From Asaia bogorensis (lineage in GTDB: Bacteria; Pseudomonadota; Alphaproteobacteria; CACIAM-22H2), in the NCBI GenBank assembly GCA_945892765.1, contig CAMDDQ010000003.1, forward strand, positions 1 through 63,179: a DNA stretch of 63,179 nt, given 5' to 3'. The notes beneath the pieces are model-generated. The model made no database searches. It was given only the letters and a program-made list of their open reading frames with translations, and had not been told where the DNA came from. Below are positions 28,466-38,958 of this stretch, in pieces (within the stretch, counting starts at the first letter, position 1; each line of letters starts with the position of its first letter). Position numbers and translations under genes: made by a program.

Positions 28466-29218
28466 TCACGCCCTGAGATCTCTCATCCGCTCCCGCCTTG
28501 AATCGTCCATCAACGCCCGCATCCGCGCGATGGCCTCGCCGAGCCCACTGAAAATAGCCTCCCCGACCAGGAAATGCCCGATGTTCAGCTCAACGATCTC
28601 GGGAATGGCGGCGACCGGGCCAACGTTATCATAGGTTAGGCCGTGGCCGGCATGGCATTCCAGTCCGAGTTTCCCGCCATGTTCCGCGGCCCCGGCCAAT
28701 CGGCGCAATTCATCGACTTGCCGGCGCCCCGTCGCATCGCAATACGCGCCAGTGTGGAGTTCGATGGCCGGCGCGCCAATCTCCCGGGAGGCATCCAACT
28801 GCGCCGTCTCCGGGTCGATGAACAGGGCGACTTTAATACCAGCATCGACCATTGCCTTAACCGCTGGCGCCAATTGGCGACGACCGCCGGCCACATCGAG
28901 ACCGCCCTCGGTTGTTACCTCGCCTCGCCGTTCCGGAACCAGACAGGCGTGAGCCGGTCGCACCGCCAGGACAATGGCCAACATTTCGGGCGTCGCCGCC
29001 ATTTCAAGATTGAGCGGCAGGTCGATCTCGCCGCGCAAGCGCCGAATGTCGTCATCGCTGATGTGACGGCGATCTTCCCGCAAATGAGCCGTGATGCTGT
29101 CGGCACCGGCCTGAGCGGCGGCGCGGGCGGCGCGCAGCGGGTCGGGATGCCGGCCGCCGCGGGCGTTTCGGAGAGTCGCGACGTGATCGACGTTCACGCC
29201 CAGTCTGATTCGGTTCAT
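28466..29218 (-). CDS. pdxJ: pyridoxine 5'-phosphate synthase
   Basis: [34 protein letters not shown] and NIGH motifs. Confidence 0.95.
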   Translation of the reverse strand: MNRIRLGVNVDHVATLRNARGGRHPDPLRAARAAAQAGADSITAHLREDRRHISDDDIRRLRGEIDLPLNLEMAATPEMLAIVLAVRPAHACLVPERRGEVTTEGGLDVAGGRRQLAPAVKAMVDAGIKVALFIDPETAQLDASREIGAPAIELHTGAYCDATGRRQVDELRRLAGAAEHGGKLGLECHAGHGLTYDNVGPVAAIPEIVELNIGHFLVGEAIFSGLGEAIARMRALMDDSRRERMRDLRA

Positions 29219-29246
29219 TGGAATATGTCCACGCGCGATCGATCGT

Positions 29247-31391
29247 TCAACCGCGCGCCCGTTCGACCGAATTGATCGCCGGCGTTGCCCGCAACGCGGC
29301 GATGATGTTGGACAAATGTTTGGCGTCGCGGACCTCGACGTCGATCAGCATTTCGAAAAAATCGCGCGAACGGGTTGTGATCTTGAGGTTGGCGATGTTA
29401 CCGAGATTCTTGGCGATGACGGTCGACAGACTGCCCAGGCTCCCAGGTTCGTTGGCGACGACGAGGCTGATTCGCCCGACGTGGAGACCGTCATCCTCGG
29501 CGCCGGGATTCCAGGCGATGTCGAGCCAGCGCTCCGGCATGTCGGCAAAACCTTCCAACGTATCGCAGTCGATTGTGTGGATCGTGACGCCCTTGCCGGT
29601 CGTGACGATGCCCACGATGCGGTCGCCGCGCAAGGGATGGCAACAACCGGCGAAATGGACGGCCATGCCGGGAATAAGCCCAAGGATTGGCACCGCCATA
29701 TCGCGTTCGGCCGGCTTGGCGGCGCGCGCCTTGGCCAATGACACGACATTGGCTGGCTTCTTCGCGCGCTCGGACGGAAAAACCGCGTTTAGGATCTCAC
29801 GGCCCGTGTGCAGCCCTTCGCCGACGATCGCGTAGAGATCGTCGACGGTCGCAGCGTTGAAGTTGGCGAGGACACCCTCCAGGGCCTTTTCGGTCAGGTC
29901 GCGACCCTCCTGGCGAAAGGCTTTTTGCACAATCGAGCGGCCAAGATCGGTGTATTGGGCGCGCTGTTGCGTGCGGACAAAACGACGAATGCGGGCCCGG
30001 GCCTTGCCGGTGACGACGAAGCGTTCCCAGGTCGGTGACGGCGTCTGCGCCTTCGAGGTCACGATCTCGACCTGATCGCCATTGGTCAGGGCCGTTCGCA
30101 ACGGCATCATGCGCCCATTGATCTTGGCGCCGACGCAATGATCGCCGACCTGTGAGTGGACGGCGTAGGCGAAATCCACCGGCGTGGCGCCCCGCGGCAT
30201 CGAGATGATTTCGCCCTTGGGCGTGAAGCAGAAGACCTGGTCCTGGAACATTTCCAGCTTGGTGTGCTCGAGAAATTCCTCCGGGCCCGATGCGTGTTCG
30301 AGAATATCGAGCAATTCGCGAAGCCAGCGATATTGACGCCCATCCCGCCACCCGGCGCCTTGTTTGTAGATCCAATGGGCGGCTACGCCGAATTCGGCGA
30401 CTTCATGCATTTCGCGCGTGCGTATCTGAATCTCGATGCGCTGGCGCTCCGGGCCGATCACGCCGGTGTGCAACGATTTGTAGCCATTGGGCTTGGGTGT
30501 GCTGATGTAGTCCTTGAACCGTCCCGGTACCACGGGATACTTGCCGTGAATAAAGCCGAGGGCCCGATAACAGTCGCCAATGGAATCGACCGCCACGCGG
30601 AAGGCCATCACGTCGGAAAGCTGCTCGAAAGTGATGTTCTTCTGCTGCATCTTTTGCCAGATGGAATAGGGCGTCTTCTCCCGGCCGGAAACGGTCGCGT
30701 CCAGCCCATTGTCGACCAAATTCCGGCTCAATTCCTGAGTAATCCATCCGATGAGATCGCCCCCCTGGTCACGCAGAAATTTCAGCCGTGCCAAGATTGA
30801 GTCGCGCGCGTCCGGCTGAAGCTCCGCGAAGGCGATATCGTCGAGTTCGTCCTTAATGGCGTGCATGCCGATGCGTTCGGCCAGCGGCGCGTAGATTTCC
30901 ATGGTCTCGCGCGCGATGCGGCGCCGCTTTTCGGGTGCCGTGATGTGCGCCAGCGTACGCATGTTGTGCAGCCGGTCGGCGAGCTTCACAAGAAGGACGC
31001 GAATGTCCTCCGACATCGCCAGCAAAAGCTTGCGGAAATTTTCCGCCTGGGTCGTCTGTTCCGATTGCAGCTCCAGCCGCGAGAGCTTGGTCACGCCGTC
31101 AACCAGGCGAGCAATCTCCCGCCCGAAATGGCTCTCGATTTCCAGTAATGTCGCGAGCGTGTCTTCGACCGTATCATGCAGAAGTGCGGTGGCGATGGTC
31201 GCGGCGTCTAAGCGGTATTGGGTCAGAATACCGGCCACTTCCAGGGGGTGCAAAAAATACGGATCGCCCGACGCGCGCAGCTGCTTGCCATGCGCCTTCA
31301 TGGAAAAGACATAGGCGCGGTTGAGCATGTCCTCATCCGCGGTGGGATCGTATTGTTTGACGCGCTCGACCAGCTCGAACTGACGAATCAT
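29247..31391 (-). CDS. spoT: bifunctional (p)ppGpp synthetase/guanosine-3',5'-bis(diphosphate) 3'-pyrophosphohydrolase (RSH)
   Basis: HD domain (HPLEVAGIL..LLHDTVEDT), synthetase domain (PNGYKSLHT..EIQIRT), and TGS and ACT domains. 714 aa. Confidence 0.95.
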   Translation of the reverse strand: MIRQFELVERVKQYDPTADEDMLNRAYVFSMKAHGKQLRASGDPYFLHPLEVAGILTQYRLDAATIATALLHDTVEDTLATLLEIESHFGREIARLVDGVTKLSRLELQSEQTTQAENFRKLLLAMSEDIRVLLVKLADRLHNMRTLAHITAPEKRRRIARETMEIYAPLAERIGMHAIKDELDDIAFAELQPDARDSILARLKFLRDQGGDLIGWITQELSRNLVDNGLDATVSGREKTPYSIWQKMQQKNITFEQLSDVMAFRVAVDSIGDCYRALGFIHGKYPVVPGRFKDYISTPKPNGYKSLHTGVIGPERQRIEIQIRTREMHEVAEFGVAAHWIYKQGAGWRDGRQYRWLRELLDILEHASGPEEFLEHTKLEMFQDQVFCFTPKGEIISMPRGATPVDFAYAVHSQVGDHCVGAKINGRMMPLRTALTNGDQVEIVTSKAQTPSPTWERFVVTGKARARIRRFVRTQQRAQYTDLGRSIVQKAFRQEGRDLTEKALEGVLANFNAATVDDLYAIVGEGLHTGREILNAVFPSERAKKPANVVSLAKARAAKPAERDMAVPILGLIPGMAVHFAGCCHPLRGDRIVGIVTTGKGVTIHTIDCDTLEGFADMPERWLDIAWNPGAEDDGLHVGRISLVVANEPGSLGSLSTVIAKNLGNIANLKITTRSRDFFEMLIDVEVRDAKHLSNIIAALRATPAINSVERARG

Positions 31392-31454
31392 TTTAGGCGA
31401 TCCCGTTCTGCCGGCCCGCCCCCGGCCGCGCCGGGGGCACTGTTGCCGCCGCTG

Positions 31455-31841
31455 CTATTCCTTTTCCTCGGTACCGTCGGCGACGCCGCCCTCGGCGGAG
31501 GCTTCGCTCAAATCCTCGGCATCGTCGGCACCCGTGCCAGCCACGATCGCGTCGTCAGACAGGTCCGGCTTAGGGGCCAGAAGCTCCATCCGATCCTCCT
31601 CCGGTTCGTCCGGTTCGACATGCTTTTGCATGCCTTGGATCAGGGTTTGCTTCAGCACGGCGAGATCGACGGTCTCGTCGGCGATCTCGCGCAGAGCAAC
31701 AACCGGATTCTTGTCGTTGTCGCGATCGAGCGAAAGCGGCGCACCAGCCGCGATTTGGCGCGCACGCTGCGCGGCCGTCATCACCAACTCGAATCGGTTC
31801 GGTATCTTAAGGATGCAGTCCTCGACGGTAACACGGGCCAT
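31455..31841 (-). CDS. rpoZ: DNA-directed RNA polymerase subunit omega
   Basis: [24 protein letters not shown]. Upstream of spoT, as is usual. Confidence 0.95.
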   Translation of the reverse strand: MARVTVEDCILKIPNRFELVMTAAQRARQIAAGAPLSLDRDNDKNPVVALREIADETVDLAVLKQTLIQGMQKHVEPDEPEEDRMELLAPKPDLSDDAIVAGTGADDAEDLSEASAEGGVADGTEEKE

Positions 31842-32091
31842 ATGGCAACTTTCCCCAATACTCTCTGAAAAGATTCAATATATGAACGATTTAGAGCAGA
31901 GGCAAGGAAAGTTGGCCGAATGCAGGGCGGGAAAACGAATCCGGCCGCCTCCTACAATGCGAGGCGGGAACAAAATCGCTCGACGCCGCCTCGTCCCGAG
32001 CCCGCCCAGCGATGAAAAGCGATGGCGGGGGTTCGGCCAAACGGCTATGGTCGGCAGAGTGTAAGTTTAAAAAATAATAGGATTTTTCATT

Positions 32092-32682
32092 ATGAATTTT
32101 CATTCGACTGAAAGAATCGCTCTATTCATAGACGGTTCTAACCTTTATTCGGCGGCTCGATCTCTGGGTTTCGACATCGACTATCGCCGGCTTCTCGACC
32201 AATTCTCTGAAAAAGGCAGATTGATTCGAGCTTTCTACTATACGGCCCTGGTCGAGGATCAGGAATATTCACCGATGCGGCCTCTGGTCGATTGGCTCGA
32301 CTATAACGGCTACACCATGGTTACCAAGCCAATCAAGGAATTCACCGACGCCTTCGGCCGCCGCAAGATCAAGGGCAACATGGATATCGAGCTGGCCATC
32401 GACATGCTCGAAATGGCGCAGCACCTCGACCACATTGTGTTGTTTTCTGGCGACGGTGACTTTCGCCGGTTGGTCGAGGCCGTGCAACGTAAAGGTGTTC
32501 GCGTCACCGTCGTTTCCACTTTGCGCTCGCAGCCCCCGATGATCGCCGACGAACTGCGCCGACAGGCCGATGTTTTTGTCGAGTTGCAAGATTTGATGCC
32601 GGCGATTAGCCGCGGCACGGTCGCGCGCGACGCACCGCCGAGCAACAATCCGCAGGGGCCGCGGCTGTTCGAAAGCGCGTGA
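32092..32682 (+). CDS. NYN (LabA-like/DUF88) domain-containing protein
   Basis: IALFIDGSNLY..., GNMDIELAIDM and LFSGDGDF, the acidic residues of the PIN-like NYN fold. The 5' end and leader are AT-rich. Confidence 0.8.
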   Translation: MNFHSTERIALFIDGSNLYSAARSLGFDIDYRRLLDQFSEKGRLIRAFYYTALVEDQEYSPMRPLVDWLDYNGYTMVTKPIKEFTDAFGRRKIKGNMDIELAIDMLEMAQHLDHIVLFSGDGDFRRLVEAVQRKGVRVTVVSTLRSQPPMIADELRRQADVFVELQDLMPAISRGTVARDAPPSNNPQGPRLFESA

Positions 32683-33314
32683 AGGCTCCCGAACACGACT
32701 GCCCGTTTTGTCCGCGCCTTGTCGAATTTCGCCGGGCAAATCACGCACAGTCGCCCGATTGGCACAATGGGCCGGTCCAATCCTTCGGCGGGTTTGATGG
32801 CCGGCTGCTCGTTGTGGGTCTGGCGCCCGGGCTGAAGGGCGCCAATCGAACGGGAAGACCCTTCACCGGCGACGAAGCGGGCAATCTGCTTTACCCCACA
32901 CTGCTCCGCCATGGCTTCGCCGAGGGCACATTCAAAGCGCGGGCCGATGACGGTTTCACGCTGCGCGATTGTCGTGTGACCAACGCCGTGCGTTGCGTGC
33001 CGCCGGCCAATCGCCCGCTACCGGCCGAGATTGCGGCGTGTCGTGGATTCCTGAGCGATGAAATCGCGGCTTTGCCCAATCTGTGTGTGATCCTAGCCCT
33101 GGGTGGCATTGCACATGCGGCGGTGCTCGCCGCGCTGTCCGTCAAGCCGCGGGGCTTTGCCTTTTCCCACGGCGCCCGGTACGTTCTTCCTTCGGGACTG
33201 GCGCTGGTCGACAGCTATCACTGTTCACGGCTCAATACGAATACCGGCCGGCTGACGCCGGCTATGTTCGATGCGGTCGTGGCCGGATTACGCCAATCAA
33301 TCGAGGATTTTTAG
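32679..33314 (+). CDS. uracil-DNA glycosylase family protein (family 4/5, UdgB-like)
   Basis: CPFCPRL Fe-S cysteines and GLAPGLKGANRTGRPFTGD motif. GTG 32679 overlaps the NYN TGA (GTGA). Confidence 0.8.
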   Translation: MKAPEHDCPFCPRLVEFRRANHAQSPDWHNGPVQSFGGFDGRLLVVGLAPGLKGANRTGRPFTGDEAGNLLYPTLLRHGFAEGTFKARADDGFTLRDCRVTNAVRCVPPANRPLPAEIAACRGFLSDEIAALPNLCVILALGGIAHAAVLAALSVKPRGFAFSHGARYVLPSGLALVDSYHCSRLNTNTGRLTPAMFDAVVAGLRQSIEDF

Positions 33315-34735
33315 ACCTTCATGGCCTTCCAGCCGCCGCGGCGGAACATCGCGACGCTGGCAAGGGCGTGAAGAGAATAAGCGGCGGCAATGGCGTAAAA
33401 GACTCCCGACGGCCCCATCTCCAGCGTCAGCGCCAGGACATAGGCGAGCGGAATCTTGAACAGCCAGAAACTCACAAGGCTGAGATAGGTTGGCGTCGCG
33501 GTGTCGCCGGCGCCGTTGAAGGCCTGAACGGCGACCATCCCGCACGCATAGAAGAAAAAGCCGAAAGCAATGATGTGCAAACACTCGACGCCGAAGACGA
33601 CGACATCTTCCTCCTGCGTGAACAGGCGCACGAGCGGCTCCGTGAAGACGACGAAGCCAATACCGACCAACCCAAGAAACACCATGTTGAAGAGGGTCGC
33701 CACCCACACCGAGCGTTCGGCGCGGTCGGGCCGGCCGGCACCCAGATTCTGTCCGACCAGGGTTGCTGCCGCATTGGCCAGCCCCATCGACGGCAGCAGG
33801 GCAAAGATAGCGATACGGATGGCGATGGTGTAACCGGCAAGCGAGGCGCTGCCGAAATCCGCCAGGATGCGCACGAGGCCGAGCCAGCTCGTCGTCTCCA
33901 CGAGAATCTGTAACGTGCCCGTGCCCGCGATTCGCATCAATCCCGCGGCTGTGTCGAGATTCGCGCGCACATGGCGCGGACGCAGGCGCAGCCGGCCACC
34001 GGCGCGTGTTAACGCGGCGAGCAGATAGGCGACGCCGGTGAAGCGGCCGATATTGGTGGCGATGGCGGCGCCGGTCACACCCATCGCCGGCAGAGGCCCG
34101 ACGCCGAAGACGAAGACGGGCAGAAGAATGATGTTTAAGAGGTTGGCCAGCCACAGCGCGCGCATGGCGATGGAGGCGTCGCCGGCCCCGCGGAACACAG
34201 CGCTGAGGACAAAGAGCAGAACGATGCTGACATTGCCCCCGAGCATGAGCGTCACATAACCGGCTCCCAATTCGACCACTGCGGGCGAGGCCCCCATGAG
34301 CGCGAGCAACCGCGGTCCATTGAGCGCGCCGAGGATGCCGATGACCCCGGAAGCCAGGATGGCGACCGCGATGACCTGGACGGCCGCGATGGCGGCACCT
34401 TCCGTATCTTTCTCGCCGATACGTCTGGCGACCACAGCGGTGGCCGCGATCGAAAAACCGAGAGCCAGAGCGTAGAGCATCGAGAGAAGCGTTTCGGTCA
34501 ACCCGACGACGGCCACGGCATCGGCGCCAAGTTTGGAGACAACAAAGATATCGACCACACCGAACAGCGACTCCATGGCCATTTCCAAAACCATGGGCAC
34601 CGCGAGCAGAAAAACCGCCCGGCCGATCGGCATCTTGGTGAAATCCCGCCGGGACCCGCGGAGCGCCTCGCCGATCGTGCTCCACGCACCTTGCGCGGCG
34701 GCACCCACGGGCGCCGGGGGATCGGCATCGATCAT
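33311..34735 (-). CDS. MATE family efflux transporter
   Basis: 474 aa, about 12 TM helices, internal duplication, typical NorM/MATE composition. The longer Arg-rich ORF at 33297-34826 is an out-of-frame shadow. Confidence 0.85.
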   Translation of the reverse strand: MIDADPPAPVGAAAQGAWSTIGEALRGSRRDFTKMPIGRAVFLLAVPMVLEMAMESLFGVVDIFVVSKLGADAVAVVGLTETLLSMLYALALGFSIAATAVVARRIGEKDTEGAAIAAVQVIAVAILASGVIGILGALNGPRLLALMGASPAVVELGAGYVTLMLGGNVSIVLLFVLSAVFRGAGDASIAMRALWLANLLNIILLPVFVFGVGPLPAMGVTGAAIATNIGRFTGVAYLLAALTRAGGRLRLRPRHVRANLDTAAGLMRIAGTGTLQILVETTSWLGLVRILADFGSASLAGYTIAIRIAIFALLPSMGLANAAATLVGQNLGAGRPDRAERSVWVATLFNMVFLGLVGIGFVVFTEPLVRLFTQEEDVVVFGVECLHIIAFGFFFYACGMVAVQAFNGAGDTATPTYLSLVSFWLFKIPLAYVLALTLEMGPSGVFYAIAAAYSLHALASVAMFRRGGWKAMKV

Positions 34736-35208
34736 CCTCGGTTGCGCAGAAGCCGTGCCTTGTCCCGCTGCCAGTCGCGGTCGCGTTCGGTCTGGCGCTT
34801 GTCGTATTTCTTCTTGCCGCGGGCAAGACCGAGCTCGACCTTCGCCAGGCCTTTTTCGTTGAAATACATGGAAAGCGGAACCAGCGTCATGCCCTGCCGC
34901 TGCAATTCGGCGAGCAGCTTGTTGAGCTGACGTTTGTGGACGAGCAGTTTGCGCGGCCGCCGGGTTTCGTGGTTTAGCCGGTTGCCGCCCGCAAATTCCG
35001 GAATATAGGCGTTGAGAAGATAGAGTTCGCCCTGCTTCGGCCCGGCATAGGCGTCCTGGATATTGCTGCGGCCGGCGCGAAGGGCCTTGACCTCGGTGCC
35101 GGCGAGCGCGATTCCGGCTTCGAGCGTGTCGTCGATGAAGAAGTCGTGACGAGCCTTGCGGTTCTGCGCCACGAGCTGGCGCTCCCCGCCGGTCTTTGCC
35201 TTGGCCAT
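34732..35208 (-). CDS. smpB: SsrA-binding protein SmpB
   Basis: VAQNRKARHDF, GTEVKALR and RPRKLLVHKRQL motifs. ATG at 35208. Confidence 0.95.
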   Translation of the reverse strand: MAKAKTGGERQLVAQNRKARHDFFIDDTLEAGIALAGTEVKALRAGRSNIQDAYAGPKQGELYLLNAYIPEFAGGNRLNHETRRPRKLLVHKRQLNKLLAELQRQGMTLVPLSMYFNEKGLAKVELGLARGKKKYDKRQTERDRDWQRDKARLLRNRG

Positions 35209-35227
35209 GGCGCTTTCGCCTTCGCCA

Positions 35228-36103
35228 TCAATTGAGGAGCCCGGCGCCGACAAGAGCCTGGCGGACCCGATCCCTGGTCGACGGCGCGACCTCGGTGAGC
35301 GGCAGGCGCGTCTCCGGGCTGCCGAGGCCAAGCAGGCTGGCTGCATACTTGACCGGGCCGGGGCTGGTTTCAACGAACAGCGCGTCGTGCAGAGGCATCA
35401 GACGGTCGCGCACGTCCCACACCGCCGTCAAATCGCCCTCGGCCCAGGCGTTGTGGAGCCTGGCACACAGGGCGGGCGCGACATTGGCGGTGACGGAAAT
35501 GCAGCCGGTGCCGCCCTGAGCCAGGAAAGCGGTGACGGTCGCGTCCTCCCCCGAAAGCTGGCAGAAGCGCGAACCAAGGGCGATTCGCGTGCGCAAAGGC
35601 CGCGCCAGATCGTTGGTCGCGTCCTTGACGCCGACGATGTTGGGGAGCTTCGCCAGCCGAGCCATCGTATCGACGCTCATGTCGACGATGCAGCGGCCGG
35701 GAATGTTGTAGATCACGATCGGCAGATCGACCGCATCGTGGATCGCCTTGTAATGCCGATACAGCCCCTCCTGTGTCGGCTTGTTGTAATAGGGCGTAAC
35801 GACCAATGCGGCGTCGGCGCCGGCCTGCTTGGCGTGATTGGTCAATTCGATCGCTTCCTCGGTCGAATTCGACCCGGTGCCGGCGATAACGGGCACCCGC
35901 CCCCGCGCGGCCTCGACGCAGAGGTCGATGACCCGACGATGTTCCTCATGGCTCAACGTCGGCGATTCGCCGGTCGTTCCGCAGGGCACCAGGCCATGAG
36001 TGCCTTCGCGCACCTGCCATTCGACAAAGGATTGAAACGCCTTTTCGTCGACCACCTTTCCCCTGAAGGGAGTGATCAAGGCGACGAGGGAACCCTTGAA
36101 CAT
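35228..36103 (-). CDS. dapA: 4-hydroxy-tetrahydrodipicolinate synthase
   Basis: MFKGSLVALITPF, GTTGESPTL, and the Schiff-base Lys context NIVGVKDA. ATG at 36103. Confidence 0.95.
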   Translation of the reverse strand: MFKGSLVALITPFRGKVVDEKAFQSFVEWQVREGTHGLVPCGTTGESPTLSHEEHRRVIDLCVEAARGRVPVIAGTGSNSTEEAIELTNHAKQAGADAALVVTPYYNKPTQEGLYRHYKAIHDAVDLPIVIYNIPGRCIVDMSVDTMARLAKLPNIVGVKDATNDLARPLRTRIALGSRFCQLSGEDATVTAFLAQGGTGCISVTANVAPALCARLHNAWAEGDLTAVWDVRDRLMPLHDALFVETSPGPVKYAASLLGLGSPETRLPLTEVAPSTRDRVRQALVGAGLLN

Positions 36104-36247
36104 CTTGGTCTCCGCTAGAGCGGCAGCGGTCGCACCATAACCGCTCGCTACACGGGCGACAAGGATAGCCGCCGGCCATGCGCCGATAGATCTCTGGCGG
36201 GCGCCGCGGCGCCCGCGTAAGATGCCGACACAAGATTCGGGGGCTGA

Positions 36248-38215
36248 TTGATCGGGCGAACGATTTCTGCGATGTCGGTGGCGGCGTTGGTCGTCGGCCT
36301 TTGGCCGGTGAAGGCCATGCCGGCCGGCGTGCTCCCGGCGCATGACCGGGCGACGGCGGCGGCCGTCTACGCGGCCGCGGTCGGCGGGAGATGGGCCGAG
36401 GCCCGCAAGCTATCGGCGCGCGCGCACGACCCCCTGCTCGGCAAATTTGTCGATTGGCTGCATTTCGTGCAGCCGCGATCCAACGCCCGGTTCGAGGACA
36501 TCGCCGCCTTCTTTGTCGCCAATCCCGACTGGCCCGACATGACCACGCTTCTTCGGCGCGCCGAGGAGGCGCTCGAGGAACAGACACCCGACCGTTTGGT
36601 CTTGTCCTGGTTTGCGAACCGCAAGCCTCTGACCACCGACGGGGCAATTCGCCTTGCCGCGGCGTTGGCTTCCACGGGAGAGAGCGAGAAAGCCAAGACT
36701 CTGGTGCGTGAGACCTGGGTCCAAGGGGTGTTCGGGGACAAACAGGAAAAACACCTACTGACCCGCTATCGCGGCTGGATAAACGCGGAGGATCATGTTG
36801 CCCGCCTCGATCGCACCTTATGGGAGGGACGGCGGTCCGAGGCTCGCCGAATGCTGCCGCGAGTCGACGCCGATCATCGAGCCGTGGCCGATGCCCGCCT
36901 CAAGCTGATGGACGCGGCGCCCGGCGTGGACGGTGCATTAAAGCGCATCCCCGCTTCGCTTCAGAACGATCCCGGCCTGTTGTTCGAGCGCGCCCGGTGG
37001 CGGCGGAAAAAAGGCCAGGACGATGCCGCGCGCCAAATCCTTCTCAATGTCCCCGATCTCGGACGTCCCGAGGCTTGGGTAACGGAGCGCTCGATTCTTG
37101 CGCGGCGCGCACTCACGGTCGGCAATATCAGCGAGGCCTATCACGTTGCCCGCGACCATCGACTGTCATCCGGCACCGCCTGGGCGGACGCCGAGTGGCT
37201 CTCGGGCTGGATCGCCCTCCGCTTCCTCAACGATCCCGCCATCGCGTTGCCGCATTTCACGAAATTGTACGAAGCCACGCGCCTGCCGGTGAGCCGCGCA
37301 CGAGGCGCCTATTGGGCAGGGCGCGCCGCCGACGCGATCGGCGACCTCGAGCGCGCAAATCTGTGGTTCGCCCGCGCGGCATCGTATTTCACGACCTTTT
37401 ACGGGCAATTGGCGGCCTCGCGGGTTCCGGCCGACGCCGTGCCCACCGGCGAAGATCGCGTCATGCCGACGGAAGCGCAGCGCGCGGCCTTCAACAACCT
37501 CGAACTTGTCCGCGCCGTCCGGCTTCTGAGCGAATTGGGCGACCGCGACTATGTTCGCCCCTTTGTCCTTAGGCTGACGGCGTTGGCGCAGACACCGACG
37601 GACCACGCCCTGGTGGTTGAGATCGGTGAAAGTCTTGGCCGCTTGGATTTGGCCGTTGCCGCGGCCAAGCGTTCCATTCAAAGCGGCGTGCTTCTAGTCG
37701 GGCCGGGATATCCGATCATCCGCCTTGACGCGCGGGCCGATCTTGAGCCGCCGCTCGTGCTGGCGACGATTCGGCAGGAGAGCGCCTTCGCGGGAGCAGC
37801 GGTCAGCAGCGCCGGCGCCCGCGGGTTGATGCAGCTGATGCCGTCGACGGCCAAGGCGGTCGCGAAGGAACTCGGACTGCCCTACACGGACCGAATGTTG
37901 ACGACCGATGAATCCTTCAACATCAGGCTCGGCACGGCGCATCTGGCCGATTTGATCGACGGCTATGACGGCTCGTATGTGCTGGCATTGGCCGCCTACA
38001 ACGCTGGCGGCTCGCGGGTGCGCCAGTGGTTGCGTGAAATCGGCGATCCACGGCGCGCCGACACCGATGTCATTGATTGGATCGAGGCCATCCCCTTCGA
38101 GGAGACGCGCAACTATATCCAGCGGGTTCTCGAAAATCTTCACGTCTATCGCCGCCGCCTCGGCGAGGTTCGGTACACGTCCGATCGCGGCTTCGACACG
38201 GCTCGCTGGCGTTAG
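36248..38215 (+). CDS. slt: lytic murein transglycosylase (Slt70-like)
   Basis: Signal peptide, long superhelical N-domain, C-terminal SLT catalytic motif IRQESAF..GLMQLMPSTA..AYNAG. Confidence 0.85.
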   Translation: MIGRTISAMSVAALVVGLWPVKAMPAGVLPAHDRATAAAVYAAAVGGRWAEARKLSARAHDPLLGKFVDWLHFVQPRSNARFEDIAAFFVANPDWPDMTTLLRRAEEALEEQTPDRLVLSWFANRKPLTTDGAIRLAAALASTGESEKAKTLVRETWVQGVFGDKQEKHLLTRYRGWINAEDHVARLDRTLWEGRRSEARRMLPRVDADHRAVADARLKLMDAAPGVDGALKRIPASLQNDPGLLFERARWRRKKGQDDAARQILLNVPDLGRPEAWVTERSILARRALTVGNISEAYHVARDHRLSSGTAWADAEWLSGWIALRFLNDPAIALPHFTKLYEATRLPVSRARGAYWAGRAADAIGDLERANLWFARAASYFTTFYGQLAASRVPADAVPTGEDRVMPTEAQRAAFNNLELVRAVRLLSELGDRDYVRPFVLRLTALAQTPTDHALVVEIGESLGRLDLAVAAAKRSIQSGVLLVGPGYPIIRLDARADLEPPLVLATIRQESAFAGAAVSSAGARGLMQLMPSTAKAVAKELGLPYTDRMLTTDESFNIRLGTAHLADLIDGYDGSYVLALAAYNAGGSRVRQWLREIGDPRRADTDVIDWIEAIPFEETRNYIQRVLENLHVYRRRLGEVRYTSDRGFDTARWR

Positions 38216-38227
38216 GATTCCCCGTCG

Positions 38228-38911
38228 ATGCCCGACGCCATTCGTGACATCGACGCATGCGTCTTCGACGCGTATGGCACACTCTTCGACCACACCTCGG
38301 CGGTCATGCGCTGCAGTGCGGCGCTTGGCGAAAAGGCCGATGCGGTGGCCGAACAATGGCGCCGCAAACAACTCGAATACACATGGCTGCGCAGCCTCAT
38401 GGGGCGCCACGCGGACTTCTGGCAAGTTACCGGCGAAAGCCTCGATTACGCCTTGGCACCGCTCGGAACGCCCGATCCCCAACTTCGGGCAACGATGATG
38501 CAGCAATATCTCAGCCTCGATGCGTATCCTGAGGTGCCGGATGCGCTCCAGCATCTGCAACAGGCCGGGATGAAAACAGCGATCTTGTCGAACGGCACAC
38601 CCACGATGCTGGCCGCCGCCCTGAACGGTTCCGGTTTGGCGCCGTTGATCGGCCTGACGCTTTCGGTGGATGCGGTCAAGGTCTTTAAGCCGCACCCCTC
38701 GGTTTATCAACATGCCGCGGATCGTTTGTCGGCTCCGGCCAACCGCATCTGCTTCGTCTCCGCCAATGCCTGGGACGCCGCGGGCGCGGCAGCCTTTGGC
38801 ATGCGCGCCGTATGGGTAAACCGCGCCAAGGCTCGGCCCGAATATCTGCCAGCCCTGCCCGAGGCCACGATTGACACACTGGCCGCGTTGCCGAACCTGC
38901 TCGGCCTATAA
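38228..38911 (+). CDS. haloacid dehalogenase type II
   Basis: CVFDAYGTLFD nucleophile motif, LSNG, KPHPSVY, and the WD..GA tail typical of L-2-haloacid dehalogenases. Confidence 0.8.
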   Translation: MPDAIRDIDACVFDAYGTLFDHTSAVMRCSAALGEKADAVAEQWRRKQLEYTWLRSLMGRHADFWQVTGESLDYALAPLGTPDPQLRATMMQQYLSLDAYPEVPDALQHLQQAGMKTAILSNGTPTMLAAALNGSGLAPLIGLTLSVDAVKVFKPHPSVYQHAADRLSAPANRICFVSANAWDAAGAAAFGMRAVWVNRAKARPEYLPALPEATIDTLAALPNLLGL

Positions 38912-38958
38912 TCGACGCGGCGGTCGCGAGGGGCGGGCCGCACGAATCGAGGCGATCG

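Noticed and set aside
31419-31439. A 9-bp GC hairpin between rpoZ and spoT as a terminator or attenuator.
   Set aside because: No T-tract follows it on the transcribed (minus) strand, and rpoZ-spoT are normally co-transcribed. The evidence is insufficient for a regulatory call.
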